Assembly: GCA_051362555.1 (NCBI GenBank)
Contig: CM120647.1
Span: 15,538,651-15,602,650, forward strand
Length of the DNA: 64,000 bases
From: Lingula anatina
Taxonomy: Eukaryota; Animalia; Brachiopoda
Direction: 5' to 3'
A program made the position numbers and the translations under genes. The notes beneath the pieces were generated by a model. The model searched no databases. It saw only the letters and a program-made list of their open reading frames with translations, and was not told the DNA's origin. This document shows positions 1 to 13,139 of the stretch, piece after piece. The stretch's first letter is position 1. Every line of letters starts with the position of its first letter.

Positions 1-628
1 TATATTTTACAAATTCTGTGAATATTCTCGCTTTTCTCACGATCTGATTTTCTCAATATCCAGTGGTCTATTTTCAATAAGATGACAAATAAAATATAGT
101 AAAAATTAAGATTTCTAAAATATTAATTATGAGTAAAATAAAATAAAAGCTAAAAACAACAATAATTTAATTAAAAAATATTAAATTAGTTTAAGGTAAA
201 TGCGCAGTTCTTTGAAGATGTTGTACGAAAGATGTGAATACGTCTGGTCTATTACAAATACATCTATGCTTGTATTTATCTTTTTAGTTCGATATTAGAG
301 AGTTAGATTTAATTAAAATAATGAAACAATGTAAATTAAATTAAGTTGAGGTTATCACTTGTATGTAAACAAATTGGAATATTACCACGACAAAAAGGGT
401 AATGGTGACAAAATTGTTTAGGTTGAAAAATGAGAGAGCGCTTCTGATTTTAGACGTTGCTTTGACAAATGATAATGGTTTTGTTGCATAGCACCGTGTA
501 CAAATGATTGAGGAAAAGGAACTGAGACTGTAATCTAGGCAGACGTTATCTCAGCTGGAGTGAAATTTAGTAGGTCGTAACTTGATTAAAAGAGGTCTTG
601 ATCAAAATCACACCATTGTTTATACATA

Positions 629-2288
629 CAGACTTGACATTTAATATGGAATATTTCAGTTTCGAAGGTATGCCTAGGTGAAAATGCGTTCTTTTTTCAC
701 AAACTCCGATCTCATATAAGATATGTGAATGGAGAAGTGTGTAGTCAGGTGTGTCGCTACCAATTAACTGAACACCAGGTTTGTTGCGCTGCTGCATTAT
801 GTAATATGCAGTGATTTAATTTGGTAGTGCTCCTTTGGGCAGGTCAAGGCTTGGTTTTGGCAAAGCATGGTTCTGTCAAAAAACTCTCCATATGTCGGCA
901 ACTACTGCATAGAAGAATTTGAAATTTTGCATGCAAGTGGTCGGGTTTGCAGTGTGTAAAATGAGCTATGCAGTGCTTTACAAATTTGTTAATCTGTGGC
1001 AGAATGGCACGAAAAAGACAGGCATTGCCAGACAGATAATTGTGCCAAACGAAACGGTCCGCACAGTTTTATAGAGTAATGCCCAGACTGATGTACCTAC
1101 ACAGAGGCCACACCCTATGTATTGAAATCTTACCACCAGGGTACAGGACCCATTGTCTTTCGGGATATGCTGTTGCAACTAAACAAAAGCCACCTAGTCT
1201 GTTCAGAATGAGGGGTAAATTGCCACCAAAACGCATTTTTCAAGGCCCTTAGCGAACACCAAACTGGTTTTAGCAGGTTAGAATACCAGACGACCTCCGA
1301 GGAACCCACTATAAACAGCAAAACATCGTTGTATGTTTCTCTATTGAATTGGAGACCTTGACTGTTTCTGGGCTGAACACTGAAATCTCGTGGCTTTCTT
1401 TATTGAGGTCAGATTTCACCTGTACCGCTCAACAGTCAAAACAGAGTTTACAGACATCCAGAAGAGGCCAACGACGAAGCGTGTGCCGCGTCTTAAGTGA
1501 CTAAGGTCATTAACAGCGTCAGTATATGGAGTGGATACCACATTGGTGCCAAAACACCAATGGTAGTCATCGACGAAAACCTGAACCAGATCAAATAAAG
1601 AAATAATCTGGGAACCACTTGGCTATCATTTGATAGGGGACAACTTAAGAACAATTTTATGTTGCACGGTGAGATTGCCGGTTCACACAGAGCACTTTTA
1701 ATAGCAGTTTACTTACAGAACCAAGGGAATGAGCAGCTACCTTGGTCATAAAAATCGCCATATTTGAACCACATAGACAATATGTGGGTAGGCCATTTCT
1801 CTCTGAATCAATGGACTACATGTCCTACAACAAAACTGGACCAAATTGGGCAGATTTTGACCGATGCCTGGAAAGTTATTCCAGATTGAACTTGAAAAAC
1901 CTTTCCCAAGGTATGCCTTGCCACTTGACAGCGCTGGTAGCAGCCGGAAGAAGTCAGGCATAACAGCGACCGTTACTGTGACTAGACACTGACATGAGGG
2001 TCCTTTGTGGAGCGTTTAACTCTTTTACAGACAATAATTTGGAAAATATGGAGGTCCAAAATATCCCTTTTAATGGTTGTCGTATGACATAGAATAGGCA
2101 ATGTGTTTTTGTTTGCTCCTCTGGCGAATTCCATTAATGAACTGATGCCACAATGACATCAAAGAGATAATTAAAAGTTATAAAAACACGATTTTAATCC
2201 TTATTTTCATTTATCAGTATGCAAAATAGGAAAAAAACAATTGAAAAATGATTTGGAAAAAAATATTCCATATTAAATGTCAAGTCTG
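629..2288 (+). mobile_element. Decayed Tc1/mariner transposon inserted in intron 1 of peptide copy A
   Basis: 28-bp TIRs CAGACTTGACATTTAATATGGAATATTT (629-656 / 2261-2288) flanked by TA on both sides. Broken transposase motifs (…TPMVVIDENLNQ…; QLPWS*KSPYLNHIDNMW, resembling WPxxSPDLNPIENLW). Confidence 0.85.
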
Positions 2289-2820
2289 TACATTACAGCA
2301 TCCAACTAAATAAAGTGCAGTGTTCAGTAATTCAAAATTTGCAGATAGGCAGATGTGAGTGCTAACTGACAGTGGTATTTTGATTCCTTTTGAAATACAA
2401 AGTGAAACGTATAATTCTGCCTAAATTTGTATTTCCATAAATTATCTTGACACTGTCAAGATAGAAAATATCTCAATATATATGCAAAACCATTTTAGTA
2501 TCGTCTATGAGGAATGTCTGTTCTTTGTATTTCACTCTCAAAAATAAGCTAAAACAGCCAAAAAGATTATTTGTCACTACCGACAAATACCGGTAAGAAA
2601 TTGAATGGAATGGAGACCAGAAAATGTATTTGGAGTTCACTATAGCGTGGATAGTGCCACGCATTACCCACTCCTAAGAAAAATTTTAAATAACGCACAT
2701 TTTAAGTTCCGCTATGTTGCTTTCCTTCATTAACATTTGAATTGAGAAATTATGCGTAAAATAAATGCATATGGACTTTCAGTAACACGTTTATATTTTG
2801 CATTTTTATTTTGATATTAG

Positions 2821-3638
2821 ACACAGCCGGACAAGGTATAGCGCGTGCTACGTGCTCCTGCTGTGGCCAAATTTGTCATACCGACCATGGGACTTGCTAC
2901 TGCGTCGGAAAGCCCCCAAATTGCCGCTGTGGTGCCAGCGATTACACAAAATAAATGGTGCTGTGATCACATTGTTCATGCCAGTATTTTCACTAATATA
3001 TATTCAGACCAGCTTCTTGTTTAACATAAATATGTTGATAACTGTGCTTATCTGAGACTGATAAAACCTATTAGTAAATTCCACAAGTCAATTTGGTGAT
3101 ATTGTTGTTAGAGATTATTAGAAGGAATCAATGGCTCATTTAAACAAAGTTTACTGACTCCACAGAAAAGTTTTTTTTTTTTTTGATAACAAATTAAGTT
3201 TGCCCAAATGCATTAGTTTAAAGACCGAAATAGAAAACCGAGATAAACGTTTCTTGATTTTTTTTTTCAAGAAAGAAAGAGAGAGAGTAGAGAAAATGAG
3301 AGTGAGCTGGGACACAGAAAGCCATGGTGTGTGTGTGTGTGTGTGTGTGTGTGAGAGATTATATTATCTAATGCAACCACATTATGTTCATTCAAGTAAC
3401 TGAGTAGAACAAATGCATATTGAATAATATATGGTCAGTTTAATGCAACGGTTTATTATTTTACAGTTTAAAATTACATTTTTTGTTTTGTTTTCAGAAT
3501 AGCCACCCGTCGAAAGTAACCATGACCAGTTGGACATACGGAAGAAAACAGGAAATTAGTCCCTCAGCTAAATGTACAGCTGCTGTATTTGGACTTTTTT
3601 TGGGAATTTTGAATTCAAAAATAAGTTGCCATAATAAA
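2821..3638 (+). pseudogene. 8-Cys secreted peptide copy A (exon 2 at 2821-2954, terminal exon from 3498; TATA box and signal-peptide exon deleted at ~518)
   Basis: Exon 2 reads DTAGQGIARATCSCCGQICHTDHGTCYCVGKPPNCRCGASDYTK*. Alignment to copy B shows promoter sequence joined directly to intron 1 at ~518/519. AATAAA at 3633. Confidence 0.8.
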
Positions 3639-4155
3639 GTTTGTAGTAAATGGGCTGTATTTACTGCATCGTCAAAGCTCAGAATTTATTTTCTTTGTTG
3701 TTGTTAGAAATCGTTTGAATGCTTAGTACGTTTATTACACCGATGGGCAATGCACTTGAATTTAGAGGTCTATCATTTATTTCATTAACATGAATGAAAA
3801 AGTAACCTTACCAAGCTTTATTGAAATCAAAAGCACTAACTTAAGTTATAGTAACGATTAGTAATTTGCGCACAGGTTGGTCATATCAAAAAATAAAAAT
3901 AAAATAATTACAGTTATCACATTATATATCAAGAAATAATGCTAGGTGATAACTCTTTGAAAATGACATTACAAGAAACGAAAAAAATATACTATTGCAA
4001 ATTATATGTACGTGCTGTCGAACACTGGTAAAACGTTTGCAGATGTTTTCTTCTGGTTTTTTTCACATTCTCTCATTAATATAAAATCATATAAGTCAAA
4101 AGCAATACAAAGATAATGCCTTTTGTTTTCCTTGGTACAGGTACATATAACTTAC

Positions 4156-4300
4156 AGTTGGTGCATGTTTTCATGCACTTCCCAAGTGACGTTTTTGCTC
4201 CAATTCAACCACTGCACTGCTCTTGTGAGACACGTTTTCCGCGAAGTCTACAAGACCATGTCGCCACCTCTAGGCCGTACTGTCCACATCCCTTTGAACC
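4156..4300 (-). pseudogene. Remnant TSP1-like exon of the minus-strand TSP1-EGF gene
   Basis: Reads GSKGCGQYGLEVATWSCRLRGKRVSQEQCSG*IGAKTSLGKCMKTCTN, followed by a GTAAGT donor. Homologous blocks at ~11050-11200, 15465-15627 and 36135-36298. Confidence 0.55.
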
Positions 4301-4590
4301 GCCTTCACTTTATCCATTAAAAATTTGGTGCCCGTCTTCAATTTTGCCATATAAAGACATAAGAAGTCGTTCCGAATGTATTTGAGATACATCTGTGCTA
4401 AAAAGCCCGAAAGCTCCGTGGATTTGTGACTTTAAGAACAGTTTTTAAATCATAAACGTATGTATGTAGTTTGCTCTAATTTAAGGAACACCGAAAGATA
4501 TACACGTTGCCCCTTTTCAACGAGGCGTTCAATCTGAGCAGAAAATCAGCACATGTGCTGTTTGTTATAATTTATATAAATAGCAATGCA

Positions 4591-5553
4591 CAGACTTGAC
4601 TTTTAATGTGGGATATTTCAAAGATAAACCTAGATAAAAATGCATTATTTTTTTTTCCGAAAACACCCGTTCTCATATAAGATATGTGAATAGAGAGGCG
4701 CTACCAATTAATTGATTACTATGCCTGTTGCACTGCTGTATTATGTAATATCCAGTGGATATTGGATGGTGCTCCTTTGGGTAGGTCAAAACACCGCTTT
4801 GGCAAAGCATGGTTCTGTCAAAAAAATTATCCATATGTCGGCAACTACTATATAGAAGCTACAAGAGATTGGATTTGCAGTGCATAAAATGAGCTAAGCA
4901 GTGCTTTACAAAATTGTTGATCTGTAGCAGAATTTTGCGAAAAGGCAAACATTGGCAGACAGATTGTTGCTCCAAAAGGAACAGTCTGCACAGTTTAACA
5001 GAGTAATGTCCAGACTGGTGTACCTACACAGAGGCTACGGCCAATTTATCAAAATCTTACCAGAAGGATACAGGAACCACTGTCTTTCGGGATATGCTGC
5101 TGCAAATAAACAAATAGCACCCAGTCCGTTCATGAGGGGTAAATTGCCACCAAAACGCGTTTTTCAAGGACGATAGTGGACACTAAATTGCTTTTAACAG
5201 GTTACTGGTTTTAACAAGTTAGAATACCAGGCGACCTCCGAGGAACCCACTGTGAACAGTAAAACACCGTCGTCTGTTTCTCTAATGAATTGGAGCCCAT
5301 GGCCGTTTCTGGGTAGAACACTGAAACCACGTACGAGGCTTATTTTACTGAGGTCAGATTTCACCTGAACTACTCAACTAGCCAGAAGAAGCTTACGACG
5401 AAGCTTGTGCCGCGTCTAAAGTGACAAAAGTCGTTGACAGCATCAGTATATGGAGTGGATACCATATTGGTGCCAAAACACCAATGGTAGTCATCGGCGA
5501 AAACCTGAACTAGATCAAATAAAGGAATAATCTGGGAACCACTTGACTATCAT
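4591..5553 (+). mobile_element. 3'-truncated copy of the Tc1/mariner element at 629-2288
   Basis: Starts with a degenerate left TIR (CAGACTTGACTTTTAATGTGGGATATTT) and is colinear with 629-1630; no right end. Confidence 0.8.
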
Positions 5554-6340
5554 TGTCACCACTTTCCCACAACCCTCACAACCGCTCACAACTTTGTGCA
5601 TGTAACAGCTATAGCGTGTCCATAAAGCAGCATCTAATAGATGCTTCCATGTGTTTCAAAACGAGTGTCTTTACACCGACCTGTATTTAATGCTACATAA
5701 ACAAACCAATTAAAAATACACGATAATTACCCTTCTGCACGACGCTTGGAAACTGAATTAACACACGCAATGGCCGTTAAACCTTATTTTTTTATATTAG
5801 GAAACTAATTTTACTGGAAATATCAGAACTTTTCCATAAATCCCAGACTTTTTATCATGTTTTGTAAATAGAATCAGGCAATATAATATTTTTAAGTTGA
5901 AAACGGGTTCATAAATTATGAAGTCCCGTTGGTGATCGTTTTAAGGCATATCTGCTGAAATTACCACCGAGTTTAATCTTGAGTTTTATAATTGTTAAAC
6001 ATGCGCCACTTGTCTTTGACATTTAGAAACTTAATTGTTTACATACCACCCCAGATGCGGAGCACAATAATGTAACGAGGACAGATGGTTAGCACCTCTA
6101 GCGGGCGTTAATTAACTGTTTATAAACATAATAAATAGACTAATTTCCATGCAATTTGTAATTTTCTTTATCATGTACGTGGTAGATTTATTTACTAGAA
6201 AGTGACATCTTCCTCGCCAATCAACAGTAAATGTTTTAGAATAAATCTACAACAACAACAACAAAGGGTTGACTTTATTTTCGAATTTGTTCCGTGTGTA
6301 TTCAAAATAGAAGAAAGCAAGTACACTTAAAAAAGAAGTG

Positions 6341-6343
<3 letters not shown>

Positions 6344-6381
<38 letters not shown>
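6344..6381. repeat. (GT)n microsatellite
   Basis: Direct inspection. Confidence 0.95.
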
Positions 6382-6382
<1 letters not shown>

Positions 6383-7105
6383 TGGTGCACTGCTGGTAGA
6401 CTTTGAACAAGCAGGTAATATCTGTCGTTAGAAGACGGTTTAACAAATGGTTATTGCTTTATTAAGTTGAGTTGTGTAATAATGTTAAAGGAAATGTTTG
6501 AAACAAAATATATTGTTGGGACAATATCTCATGTCGACGTTATTCTGTATATTTCCTTGTTGAAGACTGATAATTTTTGCTCGATAACAGAGATAATTCA
6601 AAAGGAAAACTGGAGTGAATTATCTAAATTTTGAAAGTTTTAGGCATATTTTACAAATTCTGTGAATTTTCTCGCTTTTCTCACGATCTGGTTTTCTCAA
6701 TATCCAGAGGTCGATTTTCAATAAGATGAGAAATAAGATATAGTGAAAATTTAATTCCAAAATTATAAATTATGAGTAAAATAAAATGAAAGCTAAAAAC
6801 AACAATAATTAAATAAAAATAATCTTAAATTAGTTTTAGGTAAATGCACAGTTCTTTGAAGATGTTGTACGAAAGATGTGAATACGTCTGGTCTATTACA
6901 AATACATCTTTGCTTGCCTTTATCTTATTAGTTCGATGTCAGAGAGTAAAATTTAATTAAAATAATGAAACTATGCATATTAAATTAAGTTGAGGTTATC
7001 ACTTGTATGTAAAACAAATTGGAATATTACCACGACAAAAAGGGTAATGGTGACAAAATTGTTTAGGTTGAAAAATGAGAGAGCGCTTCTGCTTTTAGAC
7101 GTTGC

Positions 7106-7269
7106 TTTGACAAATGATAATGGTTTTGTTGCATAACACCGTGTACAAATGATTGAGGAAAAGTTGGAAACAGAAAATACCTTCCTGGGTCCATATTTCA
7201 TGACAATTTTATTCTGTGTTTCCTTAATGAAGATTGATAGGGATTTGCTTGCACTGAAACGTATAAATA
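7106..7269 (+). promoter_or_regulatory. Proximal promoter of peptide gene B: conserved ~100-bp module plus TATA box (TATAAATA 7262-7269)
   Basis: The same module and TATA box lie ~80-90 bp before the ATG in copies D, E, F and G. The module contains TTGCATAA (C/EBP-like). Confidence 0.7.
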
Positions 7270-7340
7270 GCGGCTTGGGTTGCACATCTCATCGTAGAGA
7301 ACTGATCCAGTCTCCTGCTACGACAACTTCCATTGGAACG

Positions 7341-9088
7341 ATGAAGTCGTGCGCTCTTCTTGTGCTCTTTTTGCTCTTTGTTGCTGTTGTCATAGAAGGT
7401 GAGAGACACAAAGTATTTAATTAAAAGTATTTAATAATGACTTGAAGTGTAAAATCTGAAGCGAAGAAAAGGGGTACGTCAGAACTGAGATCGTAATCTA
7501 GGCAGACGTTATCTCCGCTAGGGGGAAATTTAAATGTTACATTAGTATGTCCTAATTTGACCAAAAGAGTTCGTGATCAAAATCACACCCAATAAGATAT
7601 ACATAAATTACAGCATCCAACTAAATAAAGTGCAGTGTTCAGTAATTTAAATTAGCAGATAGGCAGTTGTGAGTGCTTACTGACAGTGGTATTTTGCATC
7701 CCTTTGAAACACAAAGTGAAACGTTTAATTCTGCCTTAATTTGTATTTCCATAAATTATCTTGACACTGTCAAGATAGAAAATAGCTCAATATATATGCA
7801 AAACCATTTTAGTATCTTCTATAAGGAATGTCTGTTCTTTTTTTTTTCACTTTCAAAAATAAGCTAAAACAGCCAAAAAGATTATTTGTCACTACCGACA
7901 AATACCGGTAAGAAATTGAATGGAATGGAGACCAGAAAAATGTATTTGTAGTTCACAAAGGCATGGATAGTGCCACGCATTACCCACTCCTAAGCAAATT
8001 TGGAAAGAACGCAAATTTTAAGTTCCACTATGTTGCTTTCCTTCATTAACATTTGAATTGAGAAATTACGCTTAAAATAAATGCATATGGACTTTCAGTA
8101 ACACTTTTATATTTTGCATTTTTTATTTTGATATTAGACACAGCCGGACAAGGTATAGCGCGTGCTACATGCACCTGCTGTGGCCAGATATGTCATACCG
8201 ACAGTGGGACTTGCAGGTGCGGCGGAGTTGCACCCAACTGCTACTGTATTGCAATTGATTACACAACAAGGTAAACGGTGTTGTGATGAAATTGTTCATA
8301 GCAGTATTTTCACAAATACATTTTTAGACCAGATACTTGTTACACTTGAAAATATGTTGATTTTTAGTAACTTCAGCAAGTCAATTTGGTAATAATATTG
8401 TGAGAAATTATGAGAATGAATTAATGGCTGATAAAAGCACCACCACATATAACCTTTTTAATAACTAATACATTTTGCCCAAAGTTAGTAGTTTATAGAC
8501 CAAAAAAGAACAAGATACACGGTCTTTTAAATCATTTAGAGAGAGAGAGAAATTGCGGGAGGGATGGGGAGTGCTGTATGTTATATACTCTGATACTCAT
8601 ATGTGGTGTTTATCTCCTTTCACTTTTGTGAATTTATCTAATGCAAACTATTGGTTTCATTAATGTGCATTCAAATAAGTATATAGAAAAAATTGGTTTC
8701 AAACTAATGTGCATTCAAATAAGTATATAGAAAAAATGAATATCGTGTTGTAAATAATCAGTTAGAGATCATCCCCAGAGGCTATCGTACTAACTTTGGA
8801 TCAACCTATCAACTTAGGTGGCTTAGGTGTCTCACATGCCCACTGGAGCTGTTAGAGGGTAATTTACTATCGTTTAGCGGCTTCAGTAGGCGTGCCAGAC
8901 ATAAGTCGTTTAAGCTAAGCGCAATTCAGCGACAAAACCCTTGGAGATGGATCGATCCGGTTAGATTGATCTAGGCATGGGAACCCAGTCTTCAATACAA
9001 TGTTCATTATATAGCGGTATACATTAAAGTTTTTTTTTTTTTTGTTGTTGTTGTTTTCAGAGGACCCCCTTCTCCAGCGACTCCATAA
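7341..9088 (+). CDS. 8-Cys secreted peptide precursor, copy B (exon 1 7341-7398; exon 2 8138-8274 if its stop is used, or spliced at 8270 to exon 3 9061-9088)
   Basis: MKSCALLVLFLLFVAVVIE|DTAGQGIARATCTCCGQICHTDSGTCRCGGVAPNCYCIAIDYTTR(* or GPPSPATP*). Canonical GT-AG phase-1 intron, TATA upstream, AATAAA downstream, conserved across paralogs. Confidence 0.85.
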
Positions 9089-9975
9089 CCAGTGAAAATA
9101 CGGAAGAAAACAGGAAACTTCTCACTCAGCTAAATGTAAAGCTGCTGTATTATACTTTTTTTTGTGAATTTTGAGTTCAACAATAAATGGTCATAATAAA
9201 GAATGTAGTAAATACGCTGTATTTACTGCATTGTCAAAGCTCTAATTTTACTGCCTTTGTCGTTGTTGGAAATCGATTGAATGCTTAATATGTGTATTAA
9301 GCCAATGGGTCATTAGCATTAATATTAGAGGCTCTATCATTTATTTCGTAAAAATGGATGAAAAAGTAAATTCATCAAGTTCGCTTTATTAAAACGGAAT
9401 GCATATATATTACCCTCAGATGTAGTTATGGTGGGGCAATTTTGTGCACAGGTTAGTCATATCAAATTTTTTGGGGCCATTGTTTTGATATTTATTAAAA
9501 ATGTATTTATGTATCATTAAAACAATGGCTACTGGCTCCGCAGAAAAAAAAATAAAAACATTTTTTTTCATAACAATTACCGTTTGCCGAAAGGCATAAG
9601 TTTAATGACCAAAGCTAAAAAGAGTGAGCCATGGTGTGCATGCGTGCGTGTGTTCGAGTGATAAATAAATAATTAGCCTACGATACACTTACTTAATGAA
9701 ATTATAATCGCAAATATTTGCTAGGACCAAAAGATGTGAAGTATTTTCGATGACATTTTTTAAAACAATTTGTGTTACTGAAATAAGGGAGATATCTTGC
9801 TTATATAAGTGACATAAGATATCACCCGGAATTCTGACAAAACTATAATGATAATATTAAAAAATATGAAGCATATTTATCATATTTAGTAGTCTGATTC
9901 TTCATATATACGTGCATATTTATTTTTATCTGTGTTCTTGCTTCTGCATTAAATTTGATAAACTGATTCACATAC

Positions 9976-10240
9976 CAACAGACTGGTTTATCATCGTCGT
10001 AAAATACGCAGGGGCTTCCATTGTTACATTGTAGAAGAGGAGGATCCAGAGATATTTTCTGAAAGTCTTCTAAATTATTTTTGTTGGTCCATCCTACATT
10101 TTTGACCGTCTACTGACAGAAAAATAGATACCCGTCAATCTAAACTTGAAAATCTGACCTTTTTTCCGAAAGACCAAGAAGACTGACTAAATCCGCCCCT
10201 GTTTTAAGTATTAGCTTCCCCCTAACCAAGGGTTTCTCTT
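9976..10240 (-). pseudogene. Remnant EGF exon of the minus-strand gene, interrupted by a ~170-bp insertion
   Basis: KRNPWLGGS…LQCNNGSPCVFYDDDKPVC followed by a GTATGT donor. Confidence 0.6.
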
Positions 10241-10315
10241 CTAACTACATATGATATTAAGAAATAATATTATAAGATAATTTGATGCAAATGACACTTG
10301 AAGAAACGGACTATT

Positions 10316-10448
10316 TAATGGTCTCTCCGCCTCTCATACGGCTCCCCACGCGTCGTCCCTCGACCGGTTGAATTGAGAAGAGATTTAATTAGTGTGCCCC
10401 TGCAGAGACGACGCACGCGGAGGCATGTGAGAGGCGGAAAGACAATTA
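10316..10448. repeat. Imperfect ~45-bp inverted repeat (hairpin/MITE-like)
   Basis: TAATGGTCTCTCCGCCTCTCATACGGCTCC…CGTCGTC pairs with GACGACGCACGCGGAGGCATGTGAGAGGCGGAAAGACAATTA. Confidence 0.65.
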
Positions 10449-12534
10449 AAGGATTACGCGGTTTTTCTTTCATGTAGGTCCGACATATTTAGGTCTAGTC
10501 CTTGCTAGACCTCGGCTCTTCTCGATGTAAATGCTCTCTATTTGACCCAAATCCTGTAAAATTCAGTTTAGAATTCAGGTCTACCTTAAAAAAGAAATCA
10601 TTGTTCTGAACTATTAGCAATGTCATTTTGTGACAACAACGATGCAAGCATTCATAAAATGGAAGTCTATTTATATACCAGACAAAATGTTCCGTTAATT
10701 AATGAATAAAGAAATATTAAAAAAGGGAAAAGCACTCTAAAAATGCAAACCTCACATCTTCCCCCATAATTGGACTCAGTTGCCATGAGTCATGTTAAAT
10801 ATGACATCTAGAATAAAATCGCTGGTGAAAATGGTGAAAATGGTGAACAGATGTGAGATCATCATTTGTAAACAAACACATGGGATTTAGGGTGATTAAA
10901 TTTGTACACACACAATACAAAATGTTTTGCATTATTTCATTTTTATTGGCATTTTGTCATACACCTACCGAAAATCGAGGACGGTAGCACTGCATGGAGC
11001 GTTATGATTCCTTCAACACGTGCTGCTGTTATAAGCAGTTGGAATGATTTGTGCTCCACTCTGCGTATTAAAAGTTTGCCTCAATTTCACTGCCACGGTA
11101 TTTGGCCGCCTCCTGTTTTTGGCGATGCCTACAAGAGCGTGTTGCAACCACTAGGCCGTATTGCCCACGACTCTTATAACCGTTGACACCTTTGTGCATG
11201 TTACAGCTATAACATGCCCATAAAGCACGATCTAAAAGGATATTTCTGCGAGACGTTTCCAGTTGTTTCAAAATAAGTGTCTTTACAACACGATGCATGT
11301 AATGCTATTTAAGCACATAATGCTTAAAGAGACAATTTGCCTTTTGCACGACGTTTCGTATCTGATTTAGGTAGCAAAATAAACGTTAAACCTTAGTCTA
11401 TACATAAGAACAATATTTACTGTAAATTTCGAATTTTTATTTTATTTTGTAAATGAAAAAAAATACTGTAAATTTCAAACCTTGTCTATAAATTCCAAAT
11501 TTATTTATATTTTGTAATTGGAATGTGGAAATATGAATATTTTATAAGTTGAAAACGTGTTCACAAATTGTGACGTTGTCACGTTGGTGATCGATTCAAG
11601 GCATATCTCCTGACAATTCCAAGGAAAGTGAACTTAGGCTTTATAATGGTCTAACGAATTACTTTTCTTTGAAATTTTGAAACTAAATTGCCTATATTTC
11701 ATCTCGGATGCGGAGCACAATACTGTAATGAGGACAGATAGCATCTCTATAGCAGGCGTTAATTAACTGTCTGTAAACAAAAAAAAAATACTAATTTCGA
11801 TTGAATTTGCAATTTACTACAACGAAAAAAACGGGTCGACTTTTTATTTTCAAAATTGTCCCGTGTCTATTAAAAAATAAAGGAAGCATGTACACTTGTA
11901 GAAAAAAAAACAAGTGCAAAAATAAATGTGCTGGTAGATTGCATTAAAAAGGAAGGGCTTTGAAGAAACTAGTGATACTTGTCACTAAAAGACGCTTTAA
12001 CAAATGGTTATTGTTTTATTACGTTGAGTTGTCTAATAATGATTAAGGAAATGTTTGAAAAGAAAATACCTTGCTAGGACCATATCTCATGTCGACGTTA
12101 TTCTGTATGTTTCGTTGTTGAAGACTGATATTTTTTGCTTGGTAACAGAGAAAAACAAATGGAAAACTGGGGTGAATTTTCTTCATTTTGAAAGTTTAAG
12201 ACATATTTTGGAAAAGCTGTGAATTTTCTCGCTTGCGATTTAAAGATAATACATTGCGGCACGATATGGTTTTCACAATTACCAGGGGTCGATATTCGAT
12301 AAGATAAGATATAAAATATAATAAAAAATTAAAATTCCAAAATTGTAAGTTATGAGTAAAACCAAATAAAGGCTAACAACATTAATAATTAAATTAACAA
12401 ACTATTTATTAAGTTTAAGGTTAATGCACAGCTCTTTATAGATGTACGAAAGATTTGAATACGACTGGTTTAATGCAAATGCATCTTTGCGTGCTTTTAT
12501 CTTATGCGTACCAGTTCGATATTAAAAAGTTCTA

Positions 12535-12848
12535 ACCCGCATGAAATTGTAGTAGTATCGAAGTAGCAAAAAAGCATTAACACAGTAGTGGTGTGGAGCA
12601 TATTTGCAGTAGAAATGCAGCATAGCCTACTGCAATTCTACTCCAAAAAGTACATAGGTTTGTACAGAGAGGAGCATTAATGCAGTAGATTAGCAGCATG
12701 ATAGAAGCATGTTTCAAATATGCTAATTAGCTCCCAAATCGAAGCAGATTTGAAGCATGTTTGCAGTATGATTGCAGTAGTCTACTGCGGTTTGCAGTAT
12801 GGTTGCAGTCGTCTACTGCGCTGGAGTATCTACTGCATTTTCTTGCGG
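12535..12848. mobile_element. Non-autonomous DNA element (MITE) with TGCAGTAG-type internal repeats, inserted in the upstream region of copy C
   Basis: Ends CCCGCATGAAATTGTAGTAG / CTACTGCATTTTCTTGCGG, flanked by TA. Absent from paralogous spacers. Confidence 0.6.
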
Positions 12849-13139
12849 TAGATTCCCATTTTTTTAATGCAAATTTAAATAACGAAATAATGAAAATTAA
12901 TTTAAGTTGTGGATATCACTTGCATGTAATAAGATTGGATTTCTACCACGATAAAAAGGGTAATGGTGGCAAAAGTATTTAGTTTAGGAACTAAAAGATG
13001 TAGAAAAAAGAGAGAGAGAGAGAGTGCTTCTGCTTTTAGACGTCGCTTTGACAAATGATAATGATTTTCTTGAGTAACACCGTGTATAAATGATTAAGGA
13101 AAAGTTATATATTTTTCGTTTTTTTTTATTTTGATATAG

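Noticed and set aside
7149-7424. 91-93-aa ORFs (also 18036, 23744, 33010) as the real proteins
   Set aside because: Their ATGs lie upstream of the TATA box. Only the last part (MKSCALL…VIE) is the true exon 1, which ends at a conserved splice donor.
8138-8274. Assignment of the peptide to hepcidin, myticin, macin or metallothionein
   Set aside because: Cysteine spacing differs from those families as recalled, and a signal peptide argues against metallothionein; no gene symbol assigned.
8162-8392. ORFs such as MLHAPAVARY… (also 19055, 24763, 39020, 60702) as genes
   Set aside because: They are alternative frames over exon 2. The phase-1 splice dictates the cysteine-rich frame.
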